In this document: one piece after another, positions 13,291 through 27,450 of the stretch
Layout: the number at the start of each line of letters is the position of its first letter
Position numbering within the stretch: the stretch's first letter is position 1
Origin: Glycera tridactyla
Lineage: Eukaryota
Reading direction: 5' to 3'
NCBI GenBank assembly: GCA_965644265.1
Contig: OZ286463.1
Span: 27,404,001-27,468,000, forward strand
DNA: 64,000 bases
Program-made: the position numbers and the translations under genes
Notes under the pieces: generated by a model
What the model saw: only the letters and a program-made list of their open reading frames with translations
What the model was told of the DNA's origin: nothing
Databases searched by the model: none

Positions 13291-14599
13291 AGTTCCCCAG
13301 TAAAGGCACTGTCTCAGACCACCATGTGTCGCTTCTCATAAGATATTTTTCCCCTCTCAATGTCCTCATGCAGTGTGTGAGTTGAATGTAGTCAAATTGC
13401 TCTGCAAAATAGCCACTCATCTGGCACATAATAGTTTTTCATGGGCAGAATAAAATCACAGGGTATGATGATTCAACCGGGGATCGAACATGTCTCACAT
13501 TGATCATTTCAAATCATTTCCAATTTTTGTCTCAACCCAAAACCAATCAGGCAGAAAAGTAGAATTCTGCTTTGAAGAATAGTGGTTACATAAGTGAATG
13601 TGATGATGTATCTATAAATATCCGTAAATAGATTCCAAAGTCGAAATCGAAGTCAAAGCCAGGGCAACTGCAATACCTACCTCAATTTTGTTGAGTATAG
13701 GTTGAAAGCTGTTTTCCGACTAGTAGATGAAACTCAAAAGATATCATGGTCATCTTGACATTTTCATGAATAGAGAGAAAATGAGGATATAGCTGATTCA
13801 GTGCATGGTAAAACATATATTGTCTCCACTATTGTGCATTGCCCACGATTGGATGCTCCAAATATATGATTCGTCACATTTGACACAAATCACAAACTCA
13901 TTTCACTCTGAGAACTCAGCCATGGCTAATGTCACACATGACAAGCAAAATACTGATTGATTTCTCATAGCACTTTCAGATCCCAGCGTTTTGTAAAATC
14001 TTTGACATGTCATTAAGGTGACAATTCCTGCCATGAGAAATATTTCACTTTTTGTCACCACTATGTTTTAATGATATCTATATGAATAAACGTAATCGAT
14101 TAAGTGCATTGATTGGAACGCGGATGTCAAGAATGTGCTCAATGTCATGAATTCATTTCAGAAGACGGTTTGAAAGAAACTTCTTCACAAAGAAATACAA
14201 AGATCAGAATCGTTACAAGTCCAAAACAGTCAAGGTGAGCGATACTTCATCATTTTCCACTCAGCAGTTCCATCAAATTCTTGGGGTTTCATCCATCTCT
14301 CCTATCTCCCATCCCCATAAACACTATCCATGTATGTACTGAATGGTGTCAAGCCTAAATTCTTGATAGATAGTCTGTTGCTTAATTAATTATTTCAGTT
14401 TTGCCTCATTTCTGGATGCATTGATATGTGGTTGAATAGCTCAGAATATGGATACCCAAAAACAAATGAAGAAAAAAGAGCCATATATTAATATGAAAGG
14501 CATCGAAATGTCTGAATTATTGAACTGAGATGATGTTGTTACTTCAGACCCTCTGTCATGGCAAACAAATGTGGGATGCAATTGATTCTTCATACTCAG

Positions 14600-14650
14600 G
14601 CCTCAGGCATCACCACTACCACAACTCTGGGATCATGGATATGTCCTCCT
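14600..14650 (+). CDS. Tentative downstream exon of the SGNH gene (PQASPLPQLWDHGYVL)
   Basis: Acceptor ttcttcatactcag| and donor ct|gtgagg. 51 bp, phase 2-2, in frame with the ca|gtaagt donor at 10721. Confidence 0.45.
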
Positions 14651-15636
14651 GTGAGGACAACGTATTCTTTCATTGCAACATCACCAGTTAGTTGATATCT
14701 CTCAAGCAAATCCCAAAATTTGAATGGAAAAGAACAAATATCCTGCCAGAAATGATCTCAAGGTTTGCACTGATCTCAACATCTGTGCACTGCAAAAATG
14801 AGCTATTTATGAAATCACATGGTGAGACATGAGACAAGCCATCCTTAAGTTCATCAGTTTTATGAGTTGGAGTCAACCTGGGAGCCCTACATGAAAAGGG
14901 TCAAGTTTGGTACTATATGATATAATTCAGCTTGATAATCCTATCAAATTTATTCTGCAATAGTTTTTCAATGTAGAGCTCCATTCATTCTTTGTAATGT
15001 AAAGAATGTATCATTTTCTCGATGATTGGCCGTCCTTCAAATCTGACATCCGAAGCACACCATGCAATCAAATTATCATATTCATAGGAACAGCTACTAG
15101 TTTCTTCTTTTTTCAGATTCCTGTAGCTCTGGGTAGGGAAAATGTTGTGAAACACAATTCTCGTCTCCTGAATTAGATTGGTATGATACATGCTCAATCA
15201 AAGTTCAGCAATTTTATAAAAGAACGAGCTTAATGAAGGTGTATTACCTTCGAACCTGCAGTCAAGTGTCTTTTGCTTCTTTGACCGATAAATAGATAAC
15301 CTGCACATATCTTTCACTTGGAGTAGTATTTCCCATGATATTTCTGCGATATCAATTCTAAAGAACATGGGTCATTCTGAAAGTAAAACTGACAATGCCA
15401 GTTAGGGGGGAAATATCCTAAGCAGATATCCAGGCAGTTATTTTTGGGGCAGTTGCATGTTAAGCACTCCGCATGAGTCCAGTCATGCAAAACCTATACA
15501 TCCCAACTGTATTGACCTCTACTACAATCTTTGAATGAAATATTGTTTTGTCACTTTGTCATTAGCCCCTGTGTTGTATCTGTAGAATCATTATTTTGCT
15601 CTGGGAAGCATTTGTATGAGCCATCTTTTGGAATAG

Positions 15637-15820
15637 ACATGCTCGTGATACATGTCATGCAGCATATCTATCAGCATCGTCATCCAGTTCAATATCAACG
15701 TCTGATTCTATCCAGGCTAAATCAGCGAAACCTGTCAATCTACATAGCAGAAAGCCATCCCATAATGGGACCCAAGCAAAATCCAAAGTACCAACAAAGC
15801 TGGATGAGTGGAAGATGCGG
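15637..15820 (+). CDS. Probable downstream exon of the SGNH gene (Ser-rich HARDTCHAAYLSASSSSSIS...KVPTKLDEWKMR)
   Basis: Acceptor catcttttggaatag| and strong donor cgg|gtgagt. Open for 184 bp in the phase-2 frame required by the upstream exons. Confidence 0.55.
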
Positions 15821-18629
15821 GTGAGTACATTTTGAACATCTATCCATGTTCTGAGTGGCTCCAACTTTTGGTGTGTAAATTTGTTGATATTATCCAATAT
15901 ATGATCTTGATTGTTGATTGTGTAGACATACAATGAGACAATCTGCTGTATCAGACTGACACAGAAGCTCAGATTGGAGACATATAGTAGAGATTCTAAA
16001 TCGATCTTTTTCATTTCATGATCTAGCATATGCACTGATTGGATGATTGGATTGATGTCCCAGGATGAAAAATGCAGTTTTACCAGTGAACTTGGAATCT
16101 ACGAGTTTGAGGCATATTTTTGAGGTCATATCAATCCGACCCATTATGGTGAATATGTGAGGCTGTGTTCCCTACTCCTTGCAATTGATTCAATATTGGC
16201 TATAAGGACAAGCAAGACAACTGTATGATGTAACATAAAATGCCATTTATTGACCAGATGGGAGGGGAGAAACTGAATTTGTTATCATAGTAGGAATGTC
16301 TTTACCTTATATGGGCTGATAAAATATCTGACACATGTTAGGATTTGTCATATGGATGTTACCACATAGATGTGATAATAAATGAAGAATATGGGCTATA
16401 CCGAGAGGTCTTTCAATAATGTAATGATTAATGAAGTATATGGGCTATATTGGGGAGATTTTTACCAAATGGCTATGCTGGGAGTAGGATGGGTATTTTT
16501 GACCATTTTCTGACCTTATAAAATGCATATTCCCAGCGCACTCTCAAAGTATCCGATAGCAGGATAAAGTGGAAATCCCGCCCCTTTGTGATCACTCATG
16601 TTGGTTACATTGCGGCCTAGTCAGTCAATGGGAGTGAAACATACCCTCTATATGCACCCCATGATGTAATGCTATAACAGGTGTTTCTTGGGATAGAGGA
16701 ACTGAGTGCCGTCGACTTGAAGCACACAACATGTAGTGTTTGTCTGCTCTATGGTTTCATCACTTTTCGCCACATGATTGTAGCCAATCTGGTGTGGATA
16801 GAAATCAGGATGAATGTGATCTACTACATGTGTCTTCTCCAGGGGAACCCATGGAGTTGGTATCTCCGTCCAGTGAGTGTATCATGGCCTATCAATGGGA
16901 TTACTTCATATTATGAAGAAATCACATTCTGCATCAAGACGTTCTTCATACCAGAACTTCAAAATAAGATATCTTCTGAGCCACACTGCATATCTCACTC
17001 CAAATATTCAAACATTTGAGAGATGGATGGGTCGATAGATTGAGAGGTGGACAGACAGACAAACATACAGGCAGACAGACAGACAGATTGCTTAATTACT
17101 TCATGACCCTCATGATACAAAAGATATGATCATGACTGGATTCAAGTCACAGGGAATATTGCTAGATTCCTGGTCAAGTGCAATCTATTTGGAGCTCTAC
17201 ATTCACTACAAATAGGATCGATTTCAATTGCATCCAATTGGTTCGAGTTGCAATTGTTGAATTGGCTGACAATTTATATCATGAAATTTAAACTTATCAA
17301 CAGAAAGGTTTGACGAAAAACTCCATGGCTTTTGCAAGTCATGATGATTACTAGCCCTTATTAAGATTCCAACACAGATTCATGCAATAAGTTGGTGTAA
17401 AGGGGAATCACATGCATCACCTCTCATGATCTACTCTACAATGCAGATATGTTCCATAGTGATGTGACATTCTTACCCCAAATGATTTCTGTTAGGTTTG
17501 TATTTTGAAACAATCATGTGTTGATGTTGAGCAGGTTGGTAAAGTGGATTATATTCCCGAGTATGTATTATGTAAAGTATATCGAAACACTGTTTCAGCA
17601 GCATGCATGGTTTTGTTAGTTTGTTACTGTTTACATGTGTATTTGACTTCCGGTTTAGGTTTGAAATGAACATGACCCCTCAGAGTGGGAAGATCCAGGG
17701 TGTATGACACTTGATTCTGATATTAATAGACTGTTCAGATCAATTCATGTCTAGTTTGTACTGTTAGAGAGAGAGAGATGGGTCCTCCTGTAGACTAAAA
17801 ACCTGTAATGCCATCACAGTCAATGTGAGGTATTGAAGGGCAAACCATTTTTTAGTCACTGAGACAAAATATGCAATGATGTGGAAAACAATGTTTCTAT
17901 GATTTCGTCGTTATCTTGCTCCATATCTGTGAGAACTTGCGGGATACTGATGAAATGCCTATGCAATGAGTTTATGTGTGAACATAAAGACTTCCTCTGG
18001 GTCCCTAGTGGAAGCTGGAGATCTGAGGTGTCACTTCAGATTCATGTGGGATGTGCCTAAACACTACTTGCATATGCAATGATTAAACTTCTCTCGGGTT
18101 ATTTGGTAAATTGGTATTATGATATGAATGATGTGTATCATATTCCAAGGACATATCAGACACAATACCTAATCTCCATAATCAAGATTACATAGAACTA
18201 TCGCTGTCATGATAATCATCTCCAAAATTCTGTGTGATCAATGATCCACCCACATCATTTGGCGATATTAAAAATATCATTCATTATCAAATATTAGCAA
18301 TGAGAGCATCACAGATTCCCACATATATCATACTGAGAGTGGAATTGTTCTGGCCCATTATTTGCCATCTGCATGATCATATAATCATATCTTTCCTTTC
18401 CCATGATTGAAGAAAAGTGCTCGATATGGGCATCCATTCTTTATCATAAAAAGGATTTATCATCAACAAGATTGTTTATGAATTGAGGAAAAAATGATAT
18501 CGAGGTTTCACCTTGATCATTTATTCTGCAGATGCCCTCTGACAGGTGAATTGGGACTCATGTCTGCCCTAGCTGAACGCTTTCCTAGGCCTCTTATTTG
18601 TAATCATGAAGAAACAATCAAAACCTGCC

Positions 18630-18845
18630 TGTAACCCAGTGCATGCCGACTGGGATATCAAAGGCCGGTCATGTATTTGGGAGCCTTTTCTTTTACGCAT
18701 CTTAAAGATCCACTGCTGTCTTTTGCAAAGAGTAGGGACAGCCCCCGGCAGGCAGTGACTCTTTTCTTCAGCACTCCAAGTTTTTCAGTCCGATATAACC
18801 CTAGGGGATTTAAGTGATGTTAAACTCAAACAAACAAACAAACCA
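18630..18845 (+). mobile_element. 5'-truncated SINE (Meta-domain-like core, (CAAA)n tail)
   Basis: Core gcatcttaaagatccac...gcaaagagtaggg and tail gatgttaaactcaaacaaacaaacaaac. Confidence 0.5.
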
Positions 18846-19365
18846 GCCTGTTTGTGCCAGAATTGTGGGCCTTATCGAAGAGTCAATGAAACCGATGATT
18901 ATATGTATCAAATTAGAATTTCAACTTGATGAAACATCCCTCATGCTGGTAATAATCCTAGGTATGGCGTGACAATTGGACCATGGGTCATTTGGGACAG
19001 GAAGTAGATTACCCCATCAGGGTATTTCATATCATTGTGATTCTCATCAAGGATGAAGGTGAAACATTATTCCAAGTGTCATCAGTTAAGTATCAGCTGA
19101 TAGACGTATGAACCATGTTGATCTTAATTAAGAAAATTCCATAGCCAATCATGTGTTTATCATGTCTGAGACAATTGGCCCAAATATAGTATTTGTAATG
19201 ATGGAGATCACTCTCAAATTGGATATTTGAAATTGATCAATGATTCTATAATTCCACTAACACCAAGCTTGCATAATGTTGTTCATACTAACAGTTCCAA
19301 TGTTTGTATTATAATTGAAAAAAATAAATGATCTCCAGACCTTTTCATGCTCTCCGAAAAAAATC

Positions 19366-19653
19366 AGAGGTAACGCTCTCACAGTTTGAAGAGCCATTGG
19401 CCTGACAATTTCAGTCAGATTGAAACATCACATACATGTGAATAACGCTCTATAAAGGTCTTTCTTAGATGTAATAAAAGCCAAGATATTGTCATTGTGC
19501 ACAGAAAAAATTAGAGGTACGCTCCCGCAGTTTGAAGAGCCATTGGCCTGACAATTTCAGTCAGATTGAAACATCACATACATGTGAATGACGCTCTATA
19601 AAGGTCTTTCTTAGATGTAATAAAAGCCAAGATATTGTCATTGTGCTCAGAAA
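19366..19653. repeat. Two-copy tandem duplication, ~147-bp unit
   Basis: agaggtaacgctctcacagtttgaagagccattggcc...gtcattgtgcacagaaa starts at 19366 and again at 19513, nearly identical. Confidence 0.9.
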
Positions 19654-20650
19654 CTCTTTGAACCCTTACTATCGGAAAAAAACCTTGAATTCAATGGAAT
19701 CCATGTTTACTTCTAAAAATGATGAGTAGTTGAATGAAGGGATTGAAACGAAGAGAGGGCGCATTTCGGAAATGTCCATGATGCGCTTTCTCTTCTTTCT
19801 TCAAGTCATCATCCAATGCAATATTACACATCCAATTATAATTCACCTTGACGTTCAAAGCTGATGAGTGTCTGTTACCTCTCATGGACACTCCGACACC
19901 AGCAGGAGCATTTCAAACTGATACTTGCTCACGGGCTATTGTTTTTGCTAGAAATGAGAAATCTTGACATAGCTGCAAAAATTTAGGTACGGATTTTGGC
20001 ATGCTGGGAAAATGTAGAAACTGTCTTGATTACTCATTTATCCAGGTGAATGACTTTCTGTGACATTGTCGATATGATGAGAGGATCCATATTGCTCTCA
20101 AAAAGGGAGGATGATTTGACCACAGCAATAATAATTACTAAAAAATTTTTGAGTGTGACTATTCAATAGCAGTCAAATTGACTTCCTGGTGTGATCTGAA
20201 TTTGAGTGCTCTGAATATGCATAATATCGAGATTTTGTGCAGCAGAATTGAATGAATTATGAATGGATATTAACCCAGATAAGTTTATTTGGGAATCAAG
20301 TCACAATATTCTCTTACTTCAATTCAAATACAACCTTGCTTCCTCCATCCTCACTTCCACAATACAACTCCAGTCTTTGTACCCCGCTTCGGAAAAGGAG
20401 GGCTATCATAGTTTCACCACCATCATCTGGTCACCCGGTCATACGGTCATTCAGTCATCCAACCATCTGTCCAGTCACATTTCATTCAATAACTTTGGAT
20501 TGGCTAGTCCAGTGTTCATCAAACTTGATAATTATGGTCTATATAGTTACGTACCCAAAGGCTGAAGGGCAAGGACATATATTTGAAAATTAGTACTTGT
20601 GAATCTCATGCACACAACCGCTCTAACCCACCAGCTTATACAGAAATGCA

Positions 20651-20659
20651 ACACACACA

Positions 20660-20710
<51 letters not shown>
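20651..20710. repeat. (CA)n microsatellite
   Basis: Almost uninterrupted acacacac run. Confidence 0.95.
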
Positions 20711-20712
<2 letters not shown>

Positions 20713-22246
20713 ATTCCCAAACATTTGTCATTCATTGTTTTGTACATCAAGATATGATTCCAACATTGGATGAGAATTAGATTATTGTTATAATACATAC
20801 TCAAACTGAGGCAGTGAAAAAATACTCTCTATTGTTCCAGATTCAGTGATGTAAGCACAGCATTTCCATATGAGGTCATTGACAGCAGTGAGAAGAAGGT
20901 ACATTTGTTTTTCTACATTGGATGGATGTTTATGCATGATGATGGTTGGGGTCATGTTATTCTCAAATGAATTAGGCTTGACATGCCATCATTTGGTGTT
21001 CTCACATGATTGATATGAAAGTGGAAAATTCCGTGATGGGTGGTTGGTTCTTCTGGTTCAACATCAGCTCCATTTGTGCCTTATTGTCATGCTCATAGGA
21101 GTATAGAGCATGAGAAAAGATACGATTATCCCAGCCAAAAATGGCAAAGACAATCTGGTATGGCTATACATGTCATCATATATGTAATGTTAATGTCATC
21201 CAAACAGTCAGCTCATTCAGACAAAAGTCCATACGTTTAAGACCACAATGATATTTTCTTGAACACTGACAATCTTGCTCGACATCATTAATGAATAGGT
21301 CGAGTATGGGGAATAAGTGAATGAAGAAGATAAATACGAAAGCAAGGAGCAAGTCTCTGAATTGATGAGTGATCAAATTTTGGGAATTGAGTCGAAAAAG
21401 TCATCTGAATGATGTGAAAGTGTCAAGAGCAAGTTGAATTCCCTCTTGAAAGTCTTGAAATTGGCCGAGAAATATCAATAAGGCATGAGTCAAATCTGAA
21501 GACACCCTCTGTGAATAATTTTGTTGTTGTTTTTTTCGAATTCGTCCTGGATATATGATCATGACCATGGTTACTATTTCTGCAATTCACCCTCCATTTT
21601 GTGACATGGATTTATTGGAGGCATGGCTGGTATTTTACTTCTTTGCCAGTGTTCAACGAATGCCATGGCCAATCATAGCTGACGGGTGTATGTAGGCTGC
21701 CAGGCAAATTCCTATCTTCACAGCTTGACCTATAGACAAGCATGTGATCAAGGTGTATTTAGGGTAAGCTGGCAGCTGGGGCCCATTTCATGACTCCAAC
21801 CAACCTATCATAATAATGCACTCTGCAAGAAATCATGAAAGAAGTGAGGGGATGGAGCACTAAGAGTCTCAGGTGAGATGATACTAGAAGATATTGTAAT
21901 TGATACCTCACCAAGAAGTCATCACTGAGATGCCTGTCTCAGTGGCCAGTTAAAACTCTTCACTTTTGATTTTACCCTTTTCCTAGTTCTACTATAGCAT
22001 TAAGTGTTGTTTGGCTACTTGCAAAGCTAATAGTTATTCATGAAACCCATGGATTTTGATGAGGATATAGTGAAAATGGCGAGACTTTACCCTACAATCA
22101 GATAACTACCATGAGAGGTAATTTTCTACAAGAAAAAAACCCACTTAATATTGATAATTTTGTAATTTATGTATATCCCTTCATGAAAATTCTTGGTTCG
22201 ATTGAGTATTGTTGACACAGTTCAATGTGTTCATCACATACTGGTA

Positions 22247-22360
22247 AAGTGAGATCTCTTTTGCGAGACCGGCCCAAATGCCAATCACAAGCGGTCCGTC
22301 AAGAGAGATGGTCTCTCATTGTAGGTATTTTTACTATGCCAAATAGAAGAGGTTTCACTG
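22247..22360. mobile_element. Short Tc1/mariner-type MITE remnant
   Basis: Left end ta-aagtgagatctc and right end gaggtttcactg (reverse complement cagtgaaacctc), with internal gagacc/ggtctc motifs. Confidence 0.45.
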
Positions 22361-23143
22361 TTGTAGGAATAGTGCTGTGTTGAGCTTGAATACTTGTTAC
22401 CTGTGGTCTCTTTTCTTCTGTTGGGTTATAACTTATTAATATATATATATATATATAATGGATATGATAGTTCCATGGACACATGGAAAGGCATGATTTG
22501 GTGAATATATTCATTCTCAGATCATTGGAATATAATGTGGTGGAGAGAACACAATATTTGCTGATTTGAAATGTTAGCATGATACATTGTGGTATTCGAG
22601 GGCTCAATGTTCACTTCGAGCAAGTACCCATTCTCAATTTTGTTGACCACTGCTTGCTCCCTTCCATGCGTGATGTATGTATGTTTCTTAACAACTATGC
22701 AAGACAAAGGCATGTCCTATCGGTATGGTCCTACACAGCATACCCCATGTGGATTAGTTCATGACCTATTCAAACATGATCAGCAAGTAAGATAATCTTG
22801 GTATCAAGGACAATACTGCAATGTGTGGTGAACAGTCCTAACTGGGTCATCTGACGAATCAACAATATACTGATTAATTGATTCATCAGGGCTCAACCTT
22901 CCTTCAACCAGGGCAGAAATCTTTGAGACTGAACTACATACTAATATTTCCATATCAATTACAGGTACTTCCAAGCAATGATCATCGTAAATTGACGAAA
23001 AAGAAAATCAATCACAGTGCAAGACAGGAAAGTACTCCCAAGGTAAGTTTATCTGGTTGACATTTGAGCCTTTTCATTACTATTTCTCCAGAAGAGATAC
23101 AATACTTTATGGAACAATTCATGTAGCAGGCTGGTGGGTTTTT

Positions 23144-26120
23144 CAATTCAATTCAATTCAATTCAATAATCTTTCATCTTTTTCTTACATGTTAATATAG
23201 CACATTTATTCAATCCAATTCAATTCAATAATCTTTTATTTTTTTCCTGCATGTTAATATAGCACATTTTTTTCCCAGTTCTCAATAATCGTCTCATTCA
23301 TACAGTCACAATGATTTACTCAACATTTATATCATGAAAAATAATGAGGTACTCACACATGCACACTCAATCTCACACAAATTGGTACAAAAATATATAC
23401 TCTAGTCTGTAAAGGGGGATACAAGGTGGATAAACCCATTTGATGGGTATCTGATGGAGGGGGTCTGGGACTAAGACCCACAGAGTACATATATAATCCA
23501 TACTTTAATGGACTCATATTAGGAATAGATTTCCCATGGAGTACTTCACTTTGTCATTCATGATATTCTTATGTGATGGTGCCCAGATCCCAGGGGTCTC
23601 TATTCTGAAGGATTTCCCTCTTGAAGACTTCCAAGAGAGTGGCGTTCTTTAGATGCTCCCCAAGGGCGTTCCACAGCTTTGGCCTCCTGTGAAAATTATT
23701 CACTTGACATTTTGAAGGACGGGGGGCAAGATACTTGATGGTGGTGTGCCCTTGCACATGTATTTCTTCAGTGGCGCTTGGTAATATATCTGAACTTCTT
23801 TCTTATCCAGGTGGATTTTGATTAGAATTCAAGGACTCACTCATAGACAATACCACAGTAGTCGTATATGGGGGCATCAGGCTTTTATAAAACATCAGTG
23901 CTGTTGACTGATTCAAAATTGGTCGTAATCTGCCAAGGTACTTTACATTGCCAATTGTTTTGGCTTTGATATAATTTGCATGCAGATCAAAGTTAAGACA
24001 ACAATCCAGTTTTACTCCAAGGTACTGAAATTTGTAACTCTATTTGTTTGCCACCGTATTTGACCACCACTTTATAAAATTTTCCTACCATTGCTGGGGT
24101 CTCAAAAAGCATAAACTGTGTCTTGTCTACATTTGACATGAGCTTGTTGGATTCATACCAGCATGCTACTGAAGCCAGGTTCCAATTGAAAATCAGTTGC
24201 ATATCTTGCATGGACGAGGTCAAATATGAGAGTGCCATATCGTCTGCATATATTAGAACAAATTTGGCATAGCATTAATGTACAAAGTGAACAGTAGCGG
24301 CCCCAGGACAGATCCCTGGGACATTCCACAGGTAAAGTATCAGAAATAACATCATCCACATGTGTGTTTACTCAGATATGACCTCATCCAATCCACGGCT
24401 TGGGTGCAGAGTCCAATTTTTTTTAGTTTGATACAAAGCACATCGTGATTAACTGTATCAAATACCTGCGTAGGTCCAGGAAGAGCAGTCCACTGGGGCA
24501 GCCCCCTCCATTTCAAGAAAAATATTATCAAGGAACTAAAGCAGGCATGTCACAGTCAAGTAGCACTCCCTGAACCCAAGGGCCTGCCTTGGTGGCTCAG
24601 TGGTAGCAAGCTGGGCGAGCGTGCAATGGGTCTGGGGTTCAAACCCTGGTCCTACCATGCAGGAATGTTTCACCCTTCATCTTCGCTCCTTCTTGGCAGG
24701 TGGTCTGATTCAGCCTACTCGAGTGCCGAGAGTGGACCTAAAACCTCAACATTTCAATTTTTCCCTGAACCCAACTTGGACCAGGTTAAACCTGGTCAAG
24801 AAATCACTTAGCTGGTCATGGATTATTCTTTCAAATATTTTGCTCACTGGGTTGAGTACAGTAATTGGCCTATAATTAGATGGATTCGACCTTTCTTCAT
24901 CTTTGAATAGAGGGTAAATGGTGCCATTTTTCCAATTTTGTTGGAAGACAGATGTCCGAATGCTAATGTCAAAAATGTGTTTCAGTATAGGCCCATTTGA
25001 TGGCAGGATCCATTTCAGTATGGTTGGTGGTAGGCCACAATTACCATGACTTTTGGAGCTTGACATTTTGTTTATATTCATAGTAATTTCCATGAGGTCG
25101 GTCATACTCAAATTAAAGATGTCGGCAAGGGTAAACTGTGTGAATGGTATCATGTTCTGAGCCCCCGGGAAAGTATTATAATCCGGCCAATCATAATAAA
25201 ATTCTCGATGTTCATCTCCTCTGTACATACGCTGCGGCACCTTTTTAATTAATTTGTAGCCCTCTGAGCTGAATCTTTTATCACTTAAATACTTTTCAGC
25301 TAATCACTATTGATCCAACTGCGTTGCACATCTCTAGACCGGATTTGCTCCATGGACAATATATATCGCAGTATATTAGCATGAAATAAATCACTGGCTT
25401 GGTCAACCATTTCACAATTATAGGAACTAGTCCAATCAAGGCTACAAATATCGTTGTTAAACTAGGGAAAGTCAATGTCACAGTAATTTCCCATTTTCAA
25501 TGTAATGTCCCTTTGACACAATTTCTGCTCTTTCCTTGTTACATAAACTAATGCATGATCACTTAGTCCCAGGTCTAAGATGCCATGTTCTCTGCAATAT
25601 TCATTCCTGTTGGTAACAATACGGTTGTTTCAGTGACACGGGTAGTCTCTTGTATCAATTGATCCAGAAGGAAGTTTTTTAATTCAGTTTCTTGATTCCA
25701 TACATCTTGCTGGTTGGACTGAAATAGTTATTGCTTGAACTGATTTGTTCCACTCATATATTATAGAGGTATATATTTGATACACGTACCCACAGTTGAA
25801 CAAGAAATATGTTTCGAGAAATCATTGAGTTGGCCTGAATTAGACGGCACTGGATAATTTATTGAATCATGAATGTACCTGGCCAGAGTACATCCTCCAT
25901 TTCCTATGAATGTTTGTACCTTTATGGCATAAAAACACAATGACTCAAATTCTTGAACATCATAAGATATATGACATTGATGTAATCAAGCAAAAAATCC
26001 ATTCTGTCACTCACTATATCGACATCACTTTTGCATATGAAATTACTGGATGATAAAGTGTTAACCACCATTGATTTCTTTTCCAGAAATTCATCATGAG
26101 CTGGGGTTGTGCACTGGAAA
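23144..26120 (-). mobile_element. Decayed CR1 LINE covering most of ORF2 (APE and RT) with a (TTGAA)n 3' tail
   Basis: APE C-terminal HGILDLGLSDHALVYVTRK at ~25540-25600. SNYRPITVLNPVSKIFERIIHDQL in ORF 24746-25240. Further RT pieces at 23993-24359 and the C-terminus at 23569-23757. Tail ttcaattcaattcaataatc at 23144-23240. Many stops and frameshifts. Confidence 0.8.
24580..24761 (+). mobile_element. tRNA-derived SINE with a 13-bp TSD, inserted in the CR1 RT
   Basis: A box tggctcagtgg at 24593-24603 and B box ggttcaaacc at 24636-24645. TSD tccctgaacccaa at 24567-24579 and 24762-24774. Confidence 0.85.
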
Positions 26121-26849
26121 AGGACAATGGTGAGAACTTTCAGCTTTTTTCTCGAAATGAGACAAAGATAGTTCACCCTGTTATTTGGATACATTTTTCA
26201 CACAATACATCCTCACTTATCACATCACTAGCCTTTTCTTCCCCAATGAAATATTGCATGTACTTCCCAGGAATTAATGGCTTCTCATGTCAACTATCTG
26301 ATTTTATTAGGAATGGTTCGGTAGACAATGTGCATATCAGACAACCATTGGCATTGTTTTGCTTGAAATATGCGCCATGTGAATGGTCATGAATTATTTG
26401 AGATGTGCACTTCGAAATGATGCATTCTTTATTTTGCAATAAGAGTCGACATGAGCATTGTAATTGTGACTGTTTGATTGATATGCTGGTTTCTTTTTGA
26501 TGGAATTTTGCTGATTTTATTGCAAACCAGCATTGGATACCATCATGGGAAGTCGAGGACTGAGTGAGCCCGCAAATGCACGATACACTGGTGTGTCAAC
26601 AAGTTCTGGAAATATGTCTAACCCTGGTGTCAACAATCACCCACAGGTATGTGATATCATATGCAGACTTTTTAGGATGAGTCTGAACCTCCAGGATCTA
26701 CTTGTACTCTCTTCCTCAAAATTACCACTATACAGGTTGAGAGGCATATGTGTGAAGAATGAAAACAAATGATTATCATTCACATGATTGTACTGAAACT
26801 GCATCTTACGAGGTGGACCAGGCTATCCTAATAATTATGCAAGCATGAG

Positions 26850-27450
26850 CTATTTGGCTTGAGCATGTATGCTATGACTAATTTACATAGTCATACATGG
26901 ATGAAGAATACTGGAGATTCTTACCCAGGTTCACTTCCTATGTCTCATGATGTGCCCCAGGGCTCTATTCTGGGGCCGCTATCATTCATTAGTTACATGA
27001 ATTATCTGGCTGAGGTACTTTGCTCTGCAAGATGTGGATGACTCCACTATTGCTTTGTATGGTGATTCTGGAGAAAACTTACTGAGGACCTCAAGTTTTT
27101 GACAGATTCGTTCAGATTTCATCAATATTGACTGTAAACTTACAGAAATCGAATTTCATATTTCTTGGCACTCGATATAAGATATAGGATATTTGACCTA
27201 TTTTTGCCATTCAATAGCCACAGAATTGAATGTGTTCATGTTTTAAATCACTTAGAGGTACTACAAGATGAAGCTCTCAGATCTATCCGCCTGATTTCTC
27301 CCACCCAGTCTGCATTCCATAAGCCAAAGTGTCTACTTGCAAACATTCCAACAGCGAAGATTACATTTAGAGGATCAGACCTCCATACCAACTTGTCGTT
27401 CATCAGGTGGGGTGGTATACACCATTCATGAAGTGGTTGCTCTTTATCAG
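26850..27450 (+). mobile_element. Decayed CR1 RT fragment
   Basis: HDVPQGSILGPLSFISYMN in ORF 26859-27041. LEVLQDEALRSIRL in ORF 27165-27431. Confidence 0.7.

Noticed and set aside
15655-16035. 126-aa minus-strand ORF
   Set aside because: It overlaps the + strand exon 15637-15820, which has proper splice sites and phase. It has no recognisable domain and is probably a shadow ORF.
21240-21780. Stretch with protein-like composition (NEEDKYESKEQVSELMSDQ...) broken by stops
   Set aside because: No recognisable family motif, so it cannot be assigned without a profile search.
24583-24650. tRNA-like A and B boxes
   Set aside because: No full cloverleaf. It continues into a SINE body and is flanked by a TSD, so it is not a tRNA gene.
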